A stretch of 64,000 nt of DNA from Malacoraja senta (taxonomy: Eukaryota). The notes beneath the pieces were generated by a model. The model saw only the letters and a list, made by a program, of their open reading frames with translations, was not told where the DNA came from and ran no database searches. The stretch lies in NCBI GenBank assembly GCA_038087875.1, contig CM075997.1, positions 9,054,001-9,118,000 of the forward strand, read 5' to 3'. Position numbers and translations under genes: made by a program. This document shows positions 26,235 through 40,500 of the stretch, one piece after another; position 1 is the stretch's first letter, and the number at the start of each line of letters is the position of its first letter.

Positions 26235-29200
26235 ATATAACCATACAACCATATAACAATTACAGCACGGAAACATGGGCCATCTCGGCCCTTCTAGTCC
26301 GTGCCGAACACTTATTCTCACCTAGTCCCATCTACCTGCACTCAGACCATTCCTTTCCCGGCCATATACCTATCCAATTTATTTTTAAATGATAAAATGG
26401 AACCTGCCTCCACCACTTCCACTGGAAGCTCATTCCACACAGCTCCCACTCTCTGAGTAAAGAAGTTCCCCCTCATGTTACCCCTTAACTTCTGTCCCTT
26501 AATTCTCAAATCATGTCCTCTTGTTTGAATCTTCCCTACGCTCAATGGAAAAAGCTTATCTACGTCAACTCTCTCTATCCCTCTCATCATTTTAAAGACC
26601 TCTCTCAAGTCCACCCTTAACCTTCTGCGCTCCAAAGAATAAAGACCTAACATGTTCAACCTTTCTCTGTAACCTAGTTGCTGAAACCCAGGCAACATTC
26701 TAGTAAATCTCGTCTCTACTCTTTCTATTTTGTTGACATCCTTCCTATAATTTGGCGACCAAAACTGCACACCATACTCCAGAATCGACCTCACCAATGC
26801 CTTGTACAATTTTAACATTACATCCCAACTTCCATCCCAACCAAAAGCTTTCTTTACCACCCCATGTACATGAGATTCCACCTTCAGGGAACTGGAATGG
26901 AGCGAGGTGGAGGATAAATGCGTGGCTGAAGGACTGGTGCAGTGGGCAGGGATTCAAGTTTCTTGATCATTGGGACCTCTTTTGGGGAAGGTGTGACCTG
27001 TAAAAAAAGGACGGATTGCACTTGAACCCGAGGGGGACCAATATCCTGGCGGGGAGATTTGCAAAGTCTACAGGGGAGACTTTAAACTAGAACGGTTGGG
27101 GGGAGGGACACAAATAGAGAAAGCTTGTAGACGGTGTGTGAGACAGGAGGCAGAGAAGGGAAGCACTCAGACCCAACAGGTAGGTGGGAAAGAAGAAAAA
27201 AATAATAAACAGGGAATAATAGGTGGTGGGTTTCTTAAATGTGTGAGCAGAGAGACAGAGGGGTGTAAAATGAGGGTAGAAGCAATAGGTAACAAGGTGA
27301 AAAGTAAACGTGGCAGGCAGACAAATCCTGGGCAAAAATCAAAAAGGGACACTTTTCAACATAATTGTATAAGGGGTAAGAGCGTTGTAAAAACAAGCCT
27401 GAAGGCTTTGTGTCTCAATGCAAGGAGCATTCGTAATAAGGTGGATGAGTTGAATGTGTGCAGATAGCTATTAATGATTATGATTATAGTTGGGATCACG
27501 GAGACATGGCTCCAGGGTGACCAAGGCTGGGAGCTGAACATCCAGGGATATTTAATACTCAGGGGGGATAGACAGAAAGGAAAAGGATGTGGGGTAGCGT
27601 TGCTGGGTAGAGAGGAGATTAACGCAATTGAAAGGAAGGATATTAGTTTGGAGGATGTGGAATCGATATGGGAAGAGCTACGAAACACTAAGGGGCAGAA
27701 AACGCCAGTGGGTGTTGTGTACAGGCCACCTAACAGTAGTAGTGGAGTTGGGGATGGCATCAAACAGGAAATTAGAAATGCGTGCAACAAAGGTAAAACA
27801 GTTATAATGGGTGACTTCAATCTATATATAGATTGGGTGAATCAAATTGGCAGGGTTGCTGAGGAAGAGGATTTCTTGGAATATATGCGGGATAGTTTTC
27901 TAAACCAACATGTAGATGAACCAACGAGAGAGCAGGCTATTCTAGACTGGGTATTGAGTAATGAGGAAGGGTTCGTTAGCAGTCTTGTTGTGCGTGGTCC
28001 CTTGGGCAAGAGTGACCATAATATGGTTGAGTTCTTCATTAGGATGGAGAGTGACATTGTTAATTCAGAAACAAGGGTTCTGAACTTAAAGAAAGGTAAC
28101 TTTGAGGGTATGAATCGTGAATTGGCCAAGATTGACTGACAATTGATTCTTAAAGGGTTGACGGTGGATATGCAATGGAAGGCATTTAAAGACTGCATGG
28201 ATGAACAACAAAAATTGTTTATCCCAGTTTGGCAAAAGAATAAATCAGGGAAGGTAATGCATCCGTGGATAACAAGGGAAATCAGGGATAGTACCAAAAC
28301 AAAAGATGAAGCGTACAAATTAGCCAGAAAAAGCAGCCTACCAGAGGACTGGGAGAATTTCAGTCCAGCAGAGGAGGACAAATGGCTTAATTAGGAAAGG
28401 GAAAATAGATTATGAAAGAAAACTGGCAGGGAACATAAAAACTGACTGCAAAGGTTTTTATAGATATGTGAAGAGAAAGAGATTAGTTAAAACAAATGTA
28501 GGTCCCTTGCAGTCAGAAACAGGTGAATTGATCATGGGGAACAAGGACATGGCAGACCAATTGAATAACTACTTTGGTTCTGCCCTCACTAAGGAAGACA
28601 TAAATAATCTGCCGGAAATAGCAGGGGACCGCGGGTCAAATGAGATAGAGGAACTGAGTGAAATCCAGGTTAGCCGGGAAGTGGTGTTAGGTAAATTGAA
28701 TGGATTAAAGGCCGATAAATCCCCAGGGCCAGATAGGCTGCATCCCAGAGTACTTAAGGAAGTAGCCCCAGAAATAGTGGATGCATTAGTGATAATTTTT
28801 CAAAACTCCTTAGATTCTGGAGTAGTTCTTGAGGATTGGAGGGTAGCTAATGTAACCCCCCTTTTTAAAAAGGGTGGGAGAGAGAAAACGGGGAATTACA
28901 GACCAGTTAGTCTAACATCGGTAGTGGGGAAACTGCTAGAGTCAGTTATTAAAGATGCCATAGCAGCACATTTGGAAAGTGGTGAAATCATTGGACACAG
29001 TCAGCATGGATTTACGAAAGGTAAATCATGTCTGACGAATCTTATAGAATTTTTCGAGCATGTAACTAGTAGAGTGGATAAGGGAGAACCAGTGGATGTG
29101 TTATATCTGGGCTTTCAGAAGGCTTTCGACAAGGTCCCATATAAGAGATTAGTATACAAACTTAAAACACACGGTATTGGGGGTTCAGTATTGATGTGGA

Positions 29201-31030
29201 TAGAGAACTGGCTAGCAAACAGGAAGCAAAGAGTAGGAGTAAACGCGTCCTTTTCAAAATGGCAGGCAGTGATTAGTGGGGTACCGCAAGGCTCAGTGCT
29301 GGGACCCCAGCTATTTACAATATATATTAATGATTTGGACGAGGGAATTGAATGCAACATCTCCAAGTTTGCGGATGACACGAAGCTGGGGGGCTGTGTT
29401 AGCTGTGAGGAGGATGCTAGGAGGCTGCAAGGTGACTTGGATAGGCTGGGTGAGTTGGCAAATGCATGGCAGATGCAGTATGATGTGGATACATGTGAGG
29501 TTATCCACTTTGGTGGCAAAAACAGGAAAGTAGACTATTATCTAAATGGTGGCCGATTAGGAAAAGGGGAGATGCAACGAGACCTGGGTGCCATGGTACA
29601 CCAGTCATTGGTACTGGGCATGCAGGTGCAGCATGCAGTGAAGAAAGCGAATGGTATGTTAGCATTCATAGCAAAAGGATTTTATTATAGGAGCAGGGAG
29701 GTTCTACTGCAGTTGTACAGGGTCTTGGTGAGAACACACCCGGAGTATTGCGTACAGTTTTGGTCTCCAAATCTGAGGAAAGACATTCTTCCATAGAAGG
29801 AGTACAGAGAAGGTTCACCAGATTGATTTTCTGGGATGTCAGGAGTTTCATATGAAGAAAGACTGAATAAACTCGGCTTGTACTCGCTAGAATTTAGAGG
29901 ATTGAGGGGGGATCTTATAGAAACTTACAACATTCTTAAGGGGTTGGACAGGCTAGATGCAGGAAGATTGTTCCCGATGTTGGGGAAGTCCAGGACAAGG
30001 GGTCACTCTTTAAGGATTAAGGGGAAATCCTTTAGGATCGAGATGAGAAAAACATTTTTCACACAGAGAGTGGTGAATCTCTGGAACTCTCTGCCACAGA
30101 AGGTAGTTGAGCCCAGTTCATTGGCTATATTTAAGAGGGAGTTAGATGTGGCCCTTGTGGCTAAAGGGATCAGGGGGTATGGAGAGAAGGCAGGTACAGG
30201 ATACTGAGTTGGATGATCAGCCATGATCATATTGAATGGCGGTGCAGGCTCGAAGGGCCGAATGGCCTACTCCTGCACCTATTTTCTATGTTTCTATGTT
30301 TCTATGTTTCTATGCACAGTTATTCCAAGATCCCTCTGTTCAACTGCATTCCTCAATTCGCTACCATTTACCATGTACGTCCTATTTTGATTTGTCCTGC
30401 CAAGATGTAGCACCTCACACTTAGCATTAAACTCTATCAGTGATCTTTCAGCCCACTCTTCCAAATGACCTAAATCTCTCTGTTGACTTTGAAAATCTAC
30501 TTCATTATCCACTACACCGCCTATCTTAGTATCATCTGCATACTTACTAATCCAATTTACCACACCATCATCCAGATCATTGATGTATATGACAAACAAC
30601 AGTGGGCCCAACACAGATCCCTGAGGCACCCCACTGGTCACCGGCCTCCAACCTGACAAACAGCCATCCACCATTACTCTCAGGCATCTCCCATTCAGCC
30701 ACTGTTGAATCCATCTTGCTACTCCACCATTAATGTGCAACAATTGAACCTTCTTAATCAACCTTCCATGTGGAACCTTGTCAAAGGCCTTACTGAAGTC
30801 CATATAGAAGTCCATATAGAAAACATCCACCTGTTCACTCTGACTCTCTATTGGTCCAATTTTATCCCTCGTTATCCTTTTTCTATTAATATAGCTGTAG
30901 AACCCCTTTGGATTTACTTTCACCTTACTTGCCAAAGCAACCTCATATCTTCTTTTAGCTTTTCTAATTTCTTTCTTAAGATTGTTTTTTACATTCTTTA
31001 TACTCCTCAAGCACCTCACTTACTCCATGA
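26235..31030 (-). mobile_element. CR1 family C, split by a nested CR1-B
   Basis: (TATGGTTA)-type tail near 26235; RT ORFs 26342-26881 and 30294-31019. The junction gggaact|atgcacag matches the uninterrupted copy at ~58070-58085. Confidence 0.88.
26895..30313 (+). mobile_element. CR1 family B: ORF1 end plus complete but disrupted ORF2
   Basis: NARSIRNKVDEL, GITETWL, GDFN and SDHN (APE); RT ORF 28468-29796 with FADD; (TTTCTATG)n tail 30282-30313. Confidence 0.93.
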
Positions 31031-31045
31031 CCGCTCCCTCCGTAA

Positions 31046-31608
31046 AGGCTCTGTCTTACCTGTTTGTGGTCATCGGCGGTGAAGCGCGGCGTCGCCGGTA
31101 GCGGGGACCGCACGGCAACGGCGAGAGCGCCGAGCCTATCCACGGGAGCGCCGCACGGATGCTGCGCGGGGGCCGAGTAATTCAAACACGGCACGTACTT
31201 GCGGTAACTAAAAAAAAGGGCGGGCCGACTGCGATGACGTCGGCCCGCCGCACGTGACTCACTAGCGGCGGCCGTCCTGATCGCGGCGCTGTAGCGGTGG
31301 CTGTGCCTGCGGCCGTGCCGCACACGTGCCTCACTGGCGGAGGCTGTGGCAGTGTAGGTTTGACGCACGGCGCTCGAGCCACACTGGCGGCGGCCCGTGC
31401 GGGCGGCCGTGCCGCACTCGTGCATCACTGGTGGAGGTTGTGCGGTAAGATTATTGTTTTCAACATTGTCGGTTTTATTTTAGCACCGTGCGGTGTTGGG
31501 AACACCGCCGCACGGCCCCGGAATTGTAATTTCTCACGAGTGCGCGGTCTATGGCGGCAGATTCTTCCCGTTTCGCCGCCAATGACCGCAGACTCGTGAG
31601 ACATGCCT
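31046..31608. mobile_element. GC-rich MITE, PIF/Harbinger-like
   Basis: ~40-bp imperfect TIRs: AGGCTCTGTCTTACCTGTTTGTGGTCATCGGCGGTGAAGCG versus reverse-complemented end AGGCATGTCTCACGAGTCTGCGGTCATTGGCGGCGAAACG. TAA/TTA flanks. Inserted in a Penelope scrap. Confidence 0.75.
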
Positions 31609-31978
31609 TTTACTCCCTTGTCACCGCTCCCTCCGTAACTCCCTTGTCAATTCTTCCCTTCCCTCCCGCACTACCCCTTCCCCGGGCACTGTTTCTTGCA
31701 ACCGCAAGAGATGCTACACTTGTCGCTTTACCTCCCCCCTCGATCCCCTGTCCCTGATGGTCTGCATCCCAGGGTCCTCAGGGAGGTGACTCTAGAAATA
31801 GTGGATGAATTGGTGATTATTTTCCAATGTTCAATAGATTCAGGATCAGTACCTGTGGATTGGAGGATAGCTAATGTTGTCCCACTTTTCAAGAAAGGAG
31901 CCAGAGAGAAAACGGGGTATTACAGACCAGTTAGCTTGACTTCGGTGGTGGGAAAGATGCTGGAGTCAATTATTAAAG

Positions 31979-34900
31979 CTCGAGTCCGCCCCCGAATACA
32001 GCCCAGTTAACTCGCTAGACGATTTGACTGTTTACTCGTTACAGCATGCTGCTGCCAAGAATTCTGATCCAACCGTGACGATATCTGTAAACAATGTAGA
32101 CTTTGTCGCGTAATTGGACACGGGCGCGAAGGTCAACACTATGTCAATCAAGCTCTTCAACAAGATTAGTACTAACGAGCCACTCATCAAGGACAAATCC
32201 GCTTTACATGCTTTTGGAGGGGAGGTGCTGGTTCCTTTGGGCAAAACCAACTTGAAATGTTTACTAAAAAAACAACGAGGGATTTGACCTTCTATGTCAT
32301 GAACTTTAATTCCGTTACTCTGCTTGGCAATCGTGCCTGTCAGGAACTGGAGCTGATTTCCTTTGACAAAACTGTCCACAAGCTGCAAATTTCGTTGGAC
32401 CCGCTGAGTGAATTCCCTGATCTTTTCGACAACAACCTAGGCAAGTTGCCTGTGACCTACAAGATTATTACTGACCCCGATGTGACACCCGTCATCCGAG
32501 CCCCACACCGATTGTCATTTGCCATGACTGACAGGGTTCATTTTATGCTGAAGGACATGGCCTCCATAGGCGTAATTGAAGCAGTCTGCGACCCCACCGA
32601 CTGGGTCTCAACCATGATTGCCACAGTCAAGAAGGGAAAAAATGAAATCCGCCTGTGCATCAATCCGAAAGGCCTGAACACTGCCATTAAGCGCCCACGC
32701 CATCCCATGAAGACAGTCGAGGATGTTGTGGCAAAGGTCGGAATGGTCACCCTATTTTCTGTCCTCGATGCAAAGAACTCTTTCTGGCAGATACCGCTGG
32801 ACAATAAGTCATCAAACCTCACCACATTTGCCACCCCATTAGGCAGATATAAGTTTCTGAGAATGTCATTCGGAATCAACTCCGCCAGTGAAGTCTTCCA
32901 AAGAACTATGGAGCAATTAATCGAGGACCTACCTTGTGCCATTATTGTCGACAATATTCTCGTGTATGGCAAAGACGCAGCGGAACACGATCACAATCTC
33001 AGGCTCACCTTGGAGCGCGCTCGCAAGATCAACCTCAAGCTCAATCCTGACAAGTGCAAGTTCAGGGTTCCAATGGTCTCCTACGTCGGCCACATCTTCA
33101 CTCCTGACGGCCTCAAACCCGATCCGAAGAAAGCTACTGCCATCACAGAAATGCCTGCCCCCACAGGCGTGAAAGGCCTGCAATGTTTTCTGGGCATGGT
33201 AAACTATCTCGGAAAGTTCATACCTAACCTCAGCGAACTAAGCTCCACACTGCGGCAGCTGACCAAAAAGGACACTGCATGGTCATGGTTCCAGCAACAT
33301 CGGGTTGCATTTGATCTTTTAAAATCCAAACTGACCAGTGCACCGACCCTCACTTTTTTCGACCTTAAACGTCCGGTGACGATCACCTGCGATGCCTCGA
33401 AATTCGGGTTCAGCGCAGCCTGCTTGCAACCATCTGACGATGGCACCCTACTACCTGTCGCGTATGCCTCTCGCACCATGACCGACACGGAGCAGCACTA
33501 CGCGCAAATCGAAAAGGAACAAGCCCATGCATGCCGTGCCAGCTCGCTTGCAGCGCATGATGATGCAGCTGCAGCGGTATGATTTCTCTATTACCTACAC
33601 AAAGGTTAAGGACATGCACGTCGCTGACATTCTCTCTCGTGCACCTCGGGCATCTTGCGAACAACACCCCCATGAACAGGAAAATTTCACGGTCCTCGGT
33701 GTCGGTCTCGTCTCCAGTAAGCAACTGCGCACCCTGGCCACGCACACTGCCACTGACGATACGCTTCAAACCCTCTCCTCCATCATCAAAACAGGCTGGC
33801 CAGACAAATAATCCGACACGCCCACAGAGGTGCAGCCGTTCTTCTTGGTCCGTGATGAACTGGTGGTTCAGGATGGTGTTGTTGTTAAGGGTCACAAGGT
33901 AGTGATACCCTCATCGCGACGAGACAAATACTTCAAAGAGGCACACAGCGGCCACCCAGGAGCCGACTCCACACTGGAACGCGCTCGTGGTCTGTTCTAC
34001 TGGCCGGGAATGGCCAAGTACATCCGGGACCGCCTAGCCACCTGCCCCACTTGCAACAACCTTGCGCCTCATCAGCAGCGGCAACCCCTTCTGCAACACC
34101 TCCACCAGCACTGCCTTGGACGTCGCTGGCGGCGGACATTTTCGAATGGTGCGGAAAGCACTTCCTCGTTCTGGTCGACTCCTTTTCTAACTGGTTTGAA
34201 CTAGACCCACTGACCTCCCTCACATCTGAGATGGTCATAAAGAAGCTGAAAAGACACTTCTCAGCCTATGGCGCTCCTGTCAGCCTGAGAACCGACAACG
34301 GTCCACAGTTCACCAGCCACATGTTCAAGCTTTTCGCAGACCGATGGAACTTCCAGCACGTCACGAGCAGTCCCGATTATCCACAGAGTAATGGACTCGC
34401 TGAACGCGCTGTCAGAAGCGCCAAGCACTTGCTGGAGGGAGCGCCCATTTCCAAGTCAGACGTCTATCACGATCTCCTGAATCTCAGAAACATTCCCAGA
34501 TGGAACCTTGGGATCGCTGGCACAGCGCCTAATGTCGAGATTGACGAGGTCTCCGGTTCCCATCGCACAACAGCAGCTGGTCCCTCGGTTGCTGGAGCCT
34601 GCCACTATCCAGAAACGTCTCCAGGAGAAGCATGACATCCAGAAACGGTCATACGACAGTTCCAGCAGACCACTCAAGCCTCTACTGCCGGGCCAGGTCG
34701 TCGGTCTTCGAACTTCAACTGGACATTCCCGTCTGGGCACTGTTGTCAGCCCGACTGACGAGCCGCGACTCTACCTTGTGGACCTTGGGGGAGCGGTATA
34801 CCGGAGAAGTCGACAACACCTGCTTGGTGTGAGGGAGCCCCGACCACCGCCTGCTGGTCCCTCTGCTCCGCCGCTCCAGTTCCAGCCGCCTTTTGCAATG

Positions 34901-35389
34901 TCTCCCACCCGTCCCCACATGTCTTGCACCCCTCCACGTCCCTCGGTCTCCACTAACCACGGGGTTTCACCTACCGCATGTTTCCCCTTTCGGTCACCAC
35001 AAGCCTCTCCCGCGCCATTCTCGCCTCCAGGCTCTTCGTCTCATCTTTCAGGTGAGGGAGGGGAGGGTTGGGTCCGCACGCGCTGTGGCCGTGTTAGTGG
35101 ACCACCAGACAGATATGGCGAGTATGTTTAACTCCATGATATGGGTGCCCTTTCCACACTTAATCTTTAGGGGGAAGGATGTAGATTGATGATGCATGTG
35201 AACCAATCACACATCAGCCAGCATCACTAACTCCACCCCACTATAACACTTATACTGACACTTGTTCTCGGCACTGCCACTCTGAGCAGCTTGGATGTAC
35301 TGACAACCTATCGTTCTCAACGCTGCTAAGTTTTTAGTACTGATTAAAGATGTGTTTAAATCATACACTGTCTCTGGTGCCTGTTTACA
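31979..35389 (+). mobile_element. Ty3/Gypsy LTR retrotransposon lacking the 5' LTR and gag
   Basis: Protease LDTGAKVN (~32114), RT (LDAKNSFWQ, FGINSASEVFQ), RNase H (CDASKFG, YAQIEKE, then an internal deletion), integrase HHCC and core (TDNGPQF, SNGLAERAV), in PR-RT-RH-IN order. Confidence 0.93.
35180..35389 (+). repeat. Gypsy 3' LTR (210 bp)
   Basis: PPT AGGGGGAAGGA directly before TGTAGA; ends TTTACA; ATTAAA polyA signal at ~35343. Confidence 0.88.
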
Positions 35390-36320
35390 AGGTAATAATG
35401 GGTTATTTGGACAGCAATAAAAGGATTAGTCCAAGTCAACATGGATTTATGAAAGAAAAATCATGCTTGACTAATCTTCTGGAATTTTTTGAGGATATGA
35501 CACGTAAAATGGATGAAGGGGTGCCAGTGGATGTAGTGTATCTAGACTTTCAGAAAGCCTTTCATAAGGTCCCGCACGGGAGACTGGTGACTAAAATTGG
35601 AGCACATGGTATTGGGGGTAGGGTGTTGACATGGATAGAAAATTGGTTGGCAGACCGGAAGCAAAGACTAGGAGTGAACGGGTCCTTTTCAGAATGGCAG
35701 GCAGTGGCGAGTGGAGTGCCACAAGGCTCGGTATTGGGGCCACAACTGTTTACCATATATATTAATGATTTGGAAGAGGGAATTATGAGCAACACTAGCA
35801 AGTTTGCGGATGACACAAAGCTGGGTGGCAGTGTGAACTGTGAAGAGGATGTTAAGATGTTGCACGGTGACCTGGACAGGTTGAGTGAGTGGGCAGTTGC
35901 CTGGAAGATGCAGAATAATATAGATAAATGTGAGGTTATCCACTTTGGAGGCAAAAACAAGGGGGAAGATTATTCTCTCAACGGGGTTAGGTTAGGTAAG
36001 GGGGTGGTACAGCGAGACCTGGGTGTCCTTGTACACCGGTCACTGAAAGTTGGCGTGCAGGTACAGCAGGCAGTGAAGAAAGCTTATGGAATGTTGGCCT
36101 TGATAACAAGAGGATTTCAGTATAGGAGTAGAGAGGTTCTTCTTCAGTTGTATAGGGCTCTGGTGATACCACATCTGGAGTATTGTGTACAGTTTTGGTC
36201 TCCTAATTTGAGGAAGGACATCCTTGTGATTGAGGCAGTGCAGCGTAGGTTCACGAGATTGATCCCTGGGATGGCGGGACTGTCATATAAGGAAATATTG
36301 AAAAGACTAGGCTTGTATTT

Positions 36321-36628
36321 CTTTACTCAGAGAGGAACTTCTTTACTCAGAGAGTGGTAGCTGTGTGGAATGAGCTTCCAGTGGAAGTGGTGGAGGCAGG
36401 TTCGATTTTATCCTTAAAAAATAGAATGGATGGGTATATGGATGGGAAAGGAATGGAGGGTTATGGTCTGAGTGCAGGTAGATGGGACTAGGGGGAAGAA
36501 AGAAGAAAGAAGGAAAAAAAAGAAGAGGAAAAAAAGAAAAGACATAGAAAAAAAGTGTTCGGCACGGCCTTGAAGGGCCGAGATGGCCTGTTTCCGTGCT
36601 GTAATGGTTATATGGTTATATGGTTATA
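36321..36628 (+). mobile_element. CR1 family C 3' end nested in CR1-A
   Basis: (TATGGTTA)n tail; TGTATT direct repeat at 36315-36320 and 36629-36634. Confidence 0.85.
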
Positions 36629-37057
36629 TGTATTAACTGGAGTTTAGAAGGATGAGGGGGAATCTTATAGAAACAAATAAAGTTATAAAAGGACTGGACA
36701 AGCTAGATGCAGGAAAAAATTTCCCAATGTTGGGCGAGTCCAGAACCAGGGGCCACAGTCTTAGAATATAGGGGAGGTCATTTAAGACTGAGGTCAGAAA
36801 AAACTTTTTCACCCAGAGAGTTGTGAATTTATGGAATTCCCTGCCACAGAGGGCAGTGGAGGTCAAATCACTGGATGGATTTAAGAGAGAGTTAGATAGA
36901 TCTCCAGGGGCTAGTGGTGTCAAGGGATATGAGGAGAAGGCAGGCACGGGTTATTGATAGGGGATGATCAGCCATGATCACAATGAATGGCGGTGCTGGC
37001 TCGAAGGGCCGAATGGCCTCCTCCTGCACCTATTTTCTATGTTTCTATGTTTCTATG

Positions 37058-39120
37058 TAATGGTATTGTGATCACTGGACCCGAAGTGCTCCCCAACACA
37101 TACCTCCGCCACCTGAGCTGTATCATTTCCTAACAGGAGGTCCAGCACTGCCCCTTCTCTAGGAGGTACCTCTATGTATTGCTGCAAAAAACTATCCTGC
37201 ACACATTTTACAAACTCCAAACCATTCAGCCCTTTTTACAGAATTTGTTTCCCAGTCTATGTGTGGAAAATTGTAATCTCCCACAATCACTACCTTGTGC
37301 TTACTACTAGTATCTGCTATCTCCTTACATATCCCTTAGAGCCAGCACCGCGCTTCAATATAATGGTGGATGATCATCCAAAATCAGCATCCTGTTCCAT
37401 CTCCCTCCACACAGCCCTTGATTTCGTTAGTCCTGAGATCTATAAATGACTCGCACTAAAATACATCCAGTGATTTGGCCTCGACTGCCTTCTGTGGCAG
37501 AGAATTCCACAGATTCACAACTCTCTGAGTGAAAAACAGTTTTTCACCCTACCCCCATGTCATGAGCTCTAATTTTGCACACTGATCTCTTGTGTGAGAT
37601 CTTTTCAAATGATTTTGCAACGTCCAGATATACCACATCCACTGACTCTCCCTTATCCATTCTACTTGTTACACAGTCCTAAACGGCCGACACCGTAATC
37701 TTAAACGTTGTCCACGTGGTTGTGGATTGCCCCAACATCGGGAAAAATATTCGTGCATTTAGCCTATCCATTCCCTTAAGAATTGTATACGTTTCTCAAA
37801 TTCCCCTCCCATCCTAAATTCCAGTGGATATACGCCCAATCATCCATCCCGCGAATTAACCTGGTGAACCCACACTGCACTCCCTCAATAGCAAGAATGT
37901 CCTTCCTCGAATCAGCAGAACACAACTGCACACAGTGGTCACATCAGGGCCCTTTGCAACTGCAGTAGGACCTCCTTGCTCCTTTACTCAAATGATCTCG
38001 CTATGAAGGCCAATATGCCATTTGCTTTCTGCACTGCCTGTTGTGCCTGAATCCTTACTTTCAGTGACTGATGTATAAGGACACCGATTTACAAGTTGCA
38101 CCTCGCCTTTTCCTAACCTGACACCATTCAGATAGTAATCTGCCTACTTGTTCTTGCCACCAAAGTGGATAATCTCACAGAATGCTGCATCTGTCATGCA
38201 TCTGCCCACTCATCCATCTATCCAAGTGACCATGCAGCCTCATAGCATCCTACTCGCAGCTCACACTGCCACCAAGCTTGATGTCATCCGCAAACTGGGA
38301 GATGTTACTTTTCGTCAAAAAACGTTTAAATATAATGTAAATAACGGGAAGGTCCCAGCACTGAAACTTGCGGCACCCCACTAATCACTGCATGCCATTC
38401 TGGAAAGGTCTCGTTAATTCCTACTCTTTGATTCCTGTCTACCAATCAGTTGTCCTTCCATGTCAATACCATGTGCTATAATTGTGCACACTAATCTCTT
38501 GTTTTGGACTTTGTCGAAGGTTTCTTGGAAGTCCACATACACCACATCGACTGGCTCTCCCTTATCCATCCTGCTTCTTACATCCTCAAAACATGCCAGA
38601 AAAATACTCAAGCATGATTTCACCTTCAGAAACCCATGCTGACTTTGAATAATTCTGTGACTGCTTTCCAAATGCGCTGCTATGATATCTTTAATAATCG
38701 ATTCAAACATCTTGCCCACTACCGATGTTAGGCCAACGGGTCTATAATTCCCTATTTTCTCTCTCCCTCCTTTCTTAAAAAGTGTGGTTACATCAGCTGC
38801 TCTTCAGTCAACAGGAACTGATCCAGAGCACATAGAACATTGGAAAATGATCACCAATGCATCCACGATTGCTAGACCCACCTCCTTGAGTAGACCATCC
38901 TTGGATGTAGACCATCAGACCATGGGGATATATCTGACTTCAGTCCCAACCGTTTATCAAACACCATTTCCTGACTGATGTGGAATCCCTTCAGTTCCTC
39001 CCTCCCAATAGATCTCCGGTTCCCTAATATTTATGGGAGATTATTTATATCTTCCTGAGTGAAGACAGACACAAAGTACTTGTTTCACTGGTCTGCCAAA
39101 TCCTTGTTTCCCATTACACT
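37058..39120 (-). mobile_element. Older, rearranged CR1 fragments
   Basis: Degenerate RT (GEPVDVVYVDFQETFDK in 38414-38719), endonuclease and 3'UTR pieces. Confidence 0.75.
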
Positions 39121-39783
39121 TTCAATACAATATAATAAAATGTAATACAATAATATAGTACTTCATAAGCCAAGTACGTTTTACAACATACGAGCAATTT
39201 CATTTACCAAGTCTTTCATACAAATAAAAAGCAACATAACACACAAAATACATTTTAACATAAGCATAAACCACAGTGACTCATCCACATTCCTTACTGT
39301 GATGGAAGGCGAAAAAAAGTTCAATCACTTCCCATCCTTTTACTCCCGTGAACGGGGCCCTCCGAACTTCCGTTACGGGACGATCTTACTCTCGTTGCCG
39401 GCGGTCGGGCCCCCCGCGCCGGGGTGATCAAACTCCTGCAGCAGTGGGAATCTCAGCTCCCCGCGCCAAGCAATCTGACCCCGGATCGGGCCTTATCGAC
39501 ATCTACGGTCTCTACCCGATTGCGAGCTTCTGAAGGTAAAGTCCGCAAGCCGCGGTAGGAGCCGTCCAATGCAAGGGATCGGCTCCGATGGTAAGTTCAC
39601 GCCCCGCGGTGAACCTCAATGTCAGTCCGAGCGAGGCCTCCAGCACCATGATGTTAGACCGCAGAGCAACCGGAGATACGACGAAGAAAACAATCGCATC
39701 TCCGACAGGGTACGAGATTGGAAACATGCTTCCACTACCCACTACCCCCCCCCCCCCACATAAAACAAACCAGAGAACATTAA

Positions 39784-40500
39784 CAGGTGACGTGTCGGGT
39801 CGAGACTCTTCTTCAGACTGATGTGGGTGTGGGGTGGCGGGAAGACGAGAGGAAGAGGCGGAGACAGTGGGCTGTGGAGAGCTTGGAAGGGGAGGGGGAA
39901 ATAGGGAGAAAGCAAGGACTACCGGAAATTGGAGGTCGATGTTCATACCGCTGCAGGGTAATCTATCCAAGCGAAATATGAGGTGGTGCTCCTCCAATTT
40001 GCGGTGGGACTCACTCTGGCCATGGAGGAGACCCAGAACAGAAAGGTCGGATTCGGAAAGGGAGGGGTTCAAGTGCTGTGCCACCGGGAGATTATTTTGG
40101 TTATTACGAACTGAACGGAGGTATTGGGCGAATGGATGGCCAGAGGCGTTGGCCTCCTCCATGGCCAGAGTGATTCCCACCGCCAATTGGAGGAGCAGCG
40201 CCTCATATTTCGCTTGGCTAGTTTACACCCCAAGCGAACATTGACTTCCCCAAGCAATAGTACTTGCTTCTACCTCTTTCCCCTCCCCTTCCATGCTCTC
40301 CCATAGCCCACACTCCGCCTCTTCCTTTCCTCTTCCCCCACCCCCCCTCCCTCCCACACCCCCACATCAGTCTGAAGATGGGTCTCGGCCCGAAACGTCA
40401 CCTATTCCTTCGCTCCATAGAAGCTGCCTCACCCGCTGAGTTTCTCCAGCATTTTTGTCTACCTTCGAATTTTCCAACATCTGAAGTTGTTTCTTAAACA
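39784..40500. mobile_element. Penelope-like element: inverted pair of 3' ends
   Basis: 39784-~40130 (minus) and ~40135-40500 (plus) both encode the ..LEEQRLIFRL.. C-terminus and terminal repeat. 12-bp TSD AGAGAACATTAA at 39772-39783 and 40501-40512. Confidence 0.85.
40366..40405 (+). ncRNA. Minimal hammerhead ribozyme motif in the Penelope terminal repeat
   Basis: CTGAAGA (40372-40378), stem II GGGT-CTCG-GCCC, GAAA (40392-40395), then CG-TC. Stem I pairing is weak. Confidence 0.65.

Larger units (their letters stand above)
31752..37057 (+). mobile_element. 5'-truncated CR1 family A hosting a Gypsy and a CR1-C tail
   Basis: PDGLHPRVL..ESIIK (to 31978) resumes as VIMGYLDS (35390); RT in ORF 35350-36360; tail at ~37030-37057. 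Confidence 0.9.
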
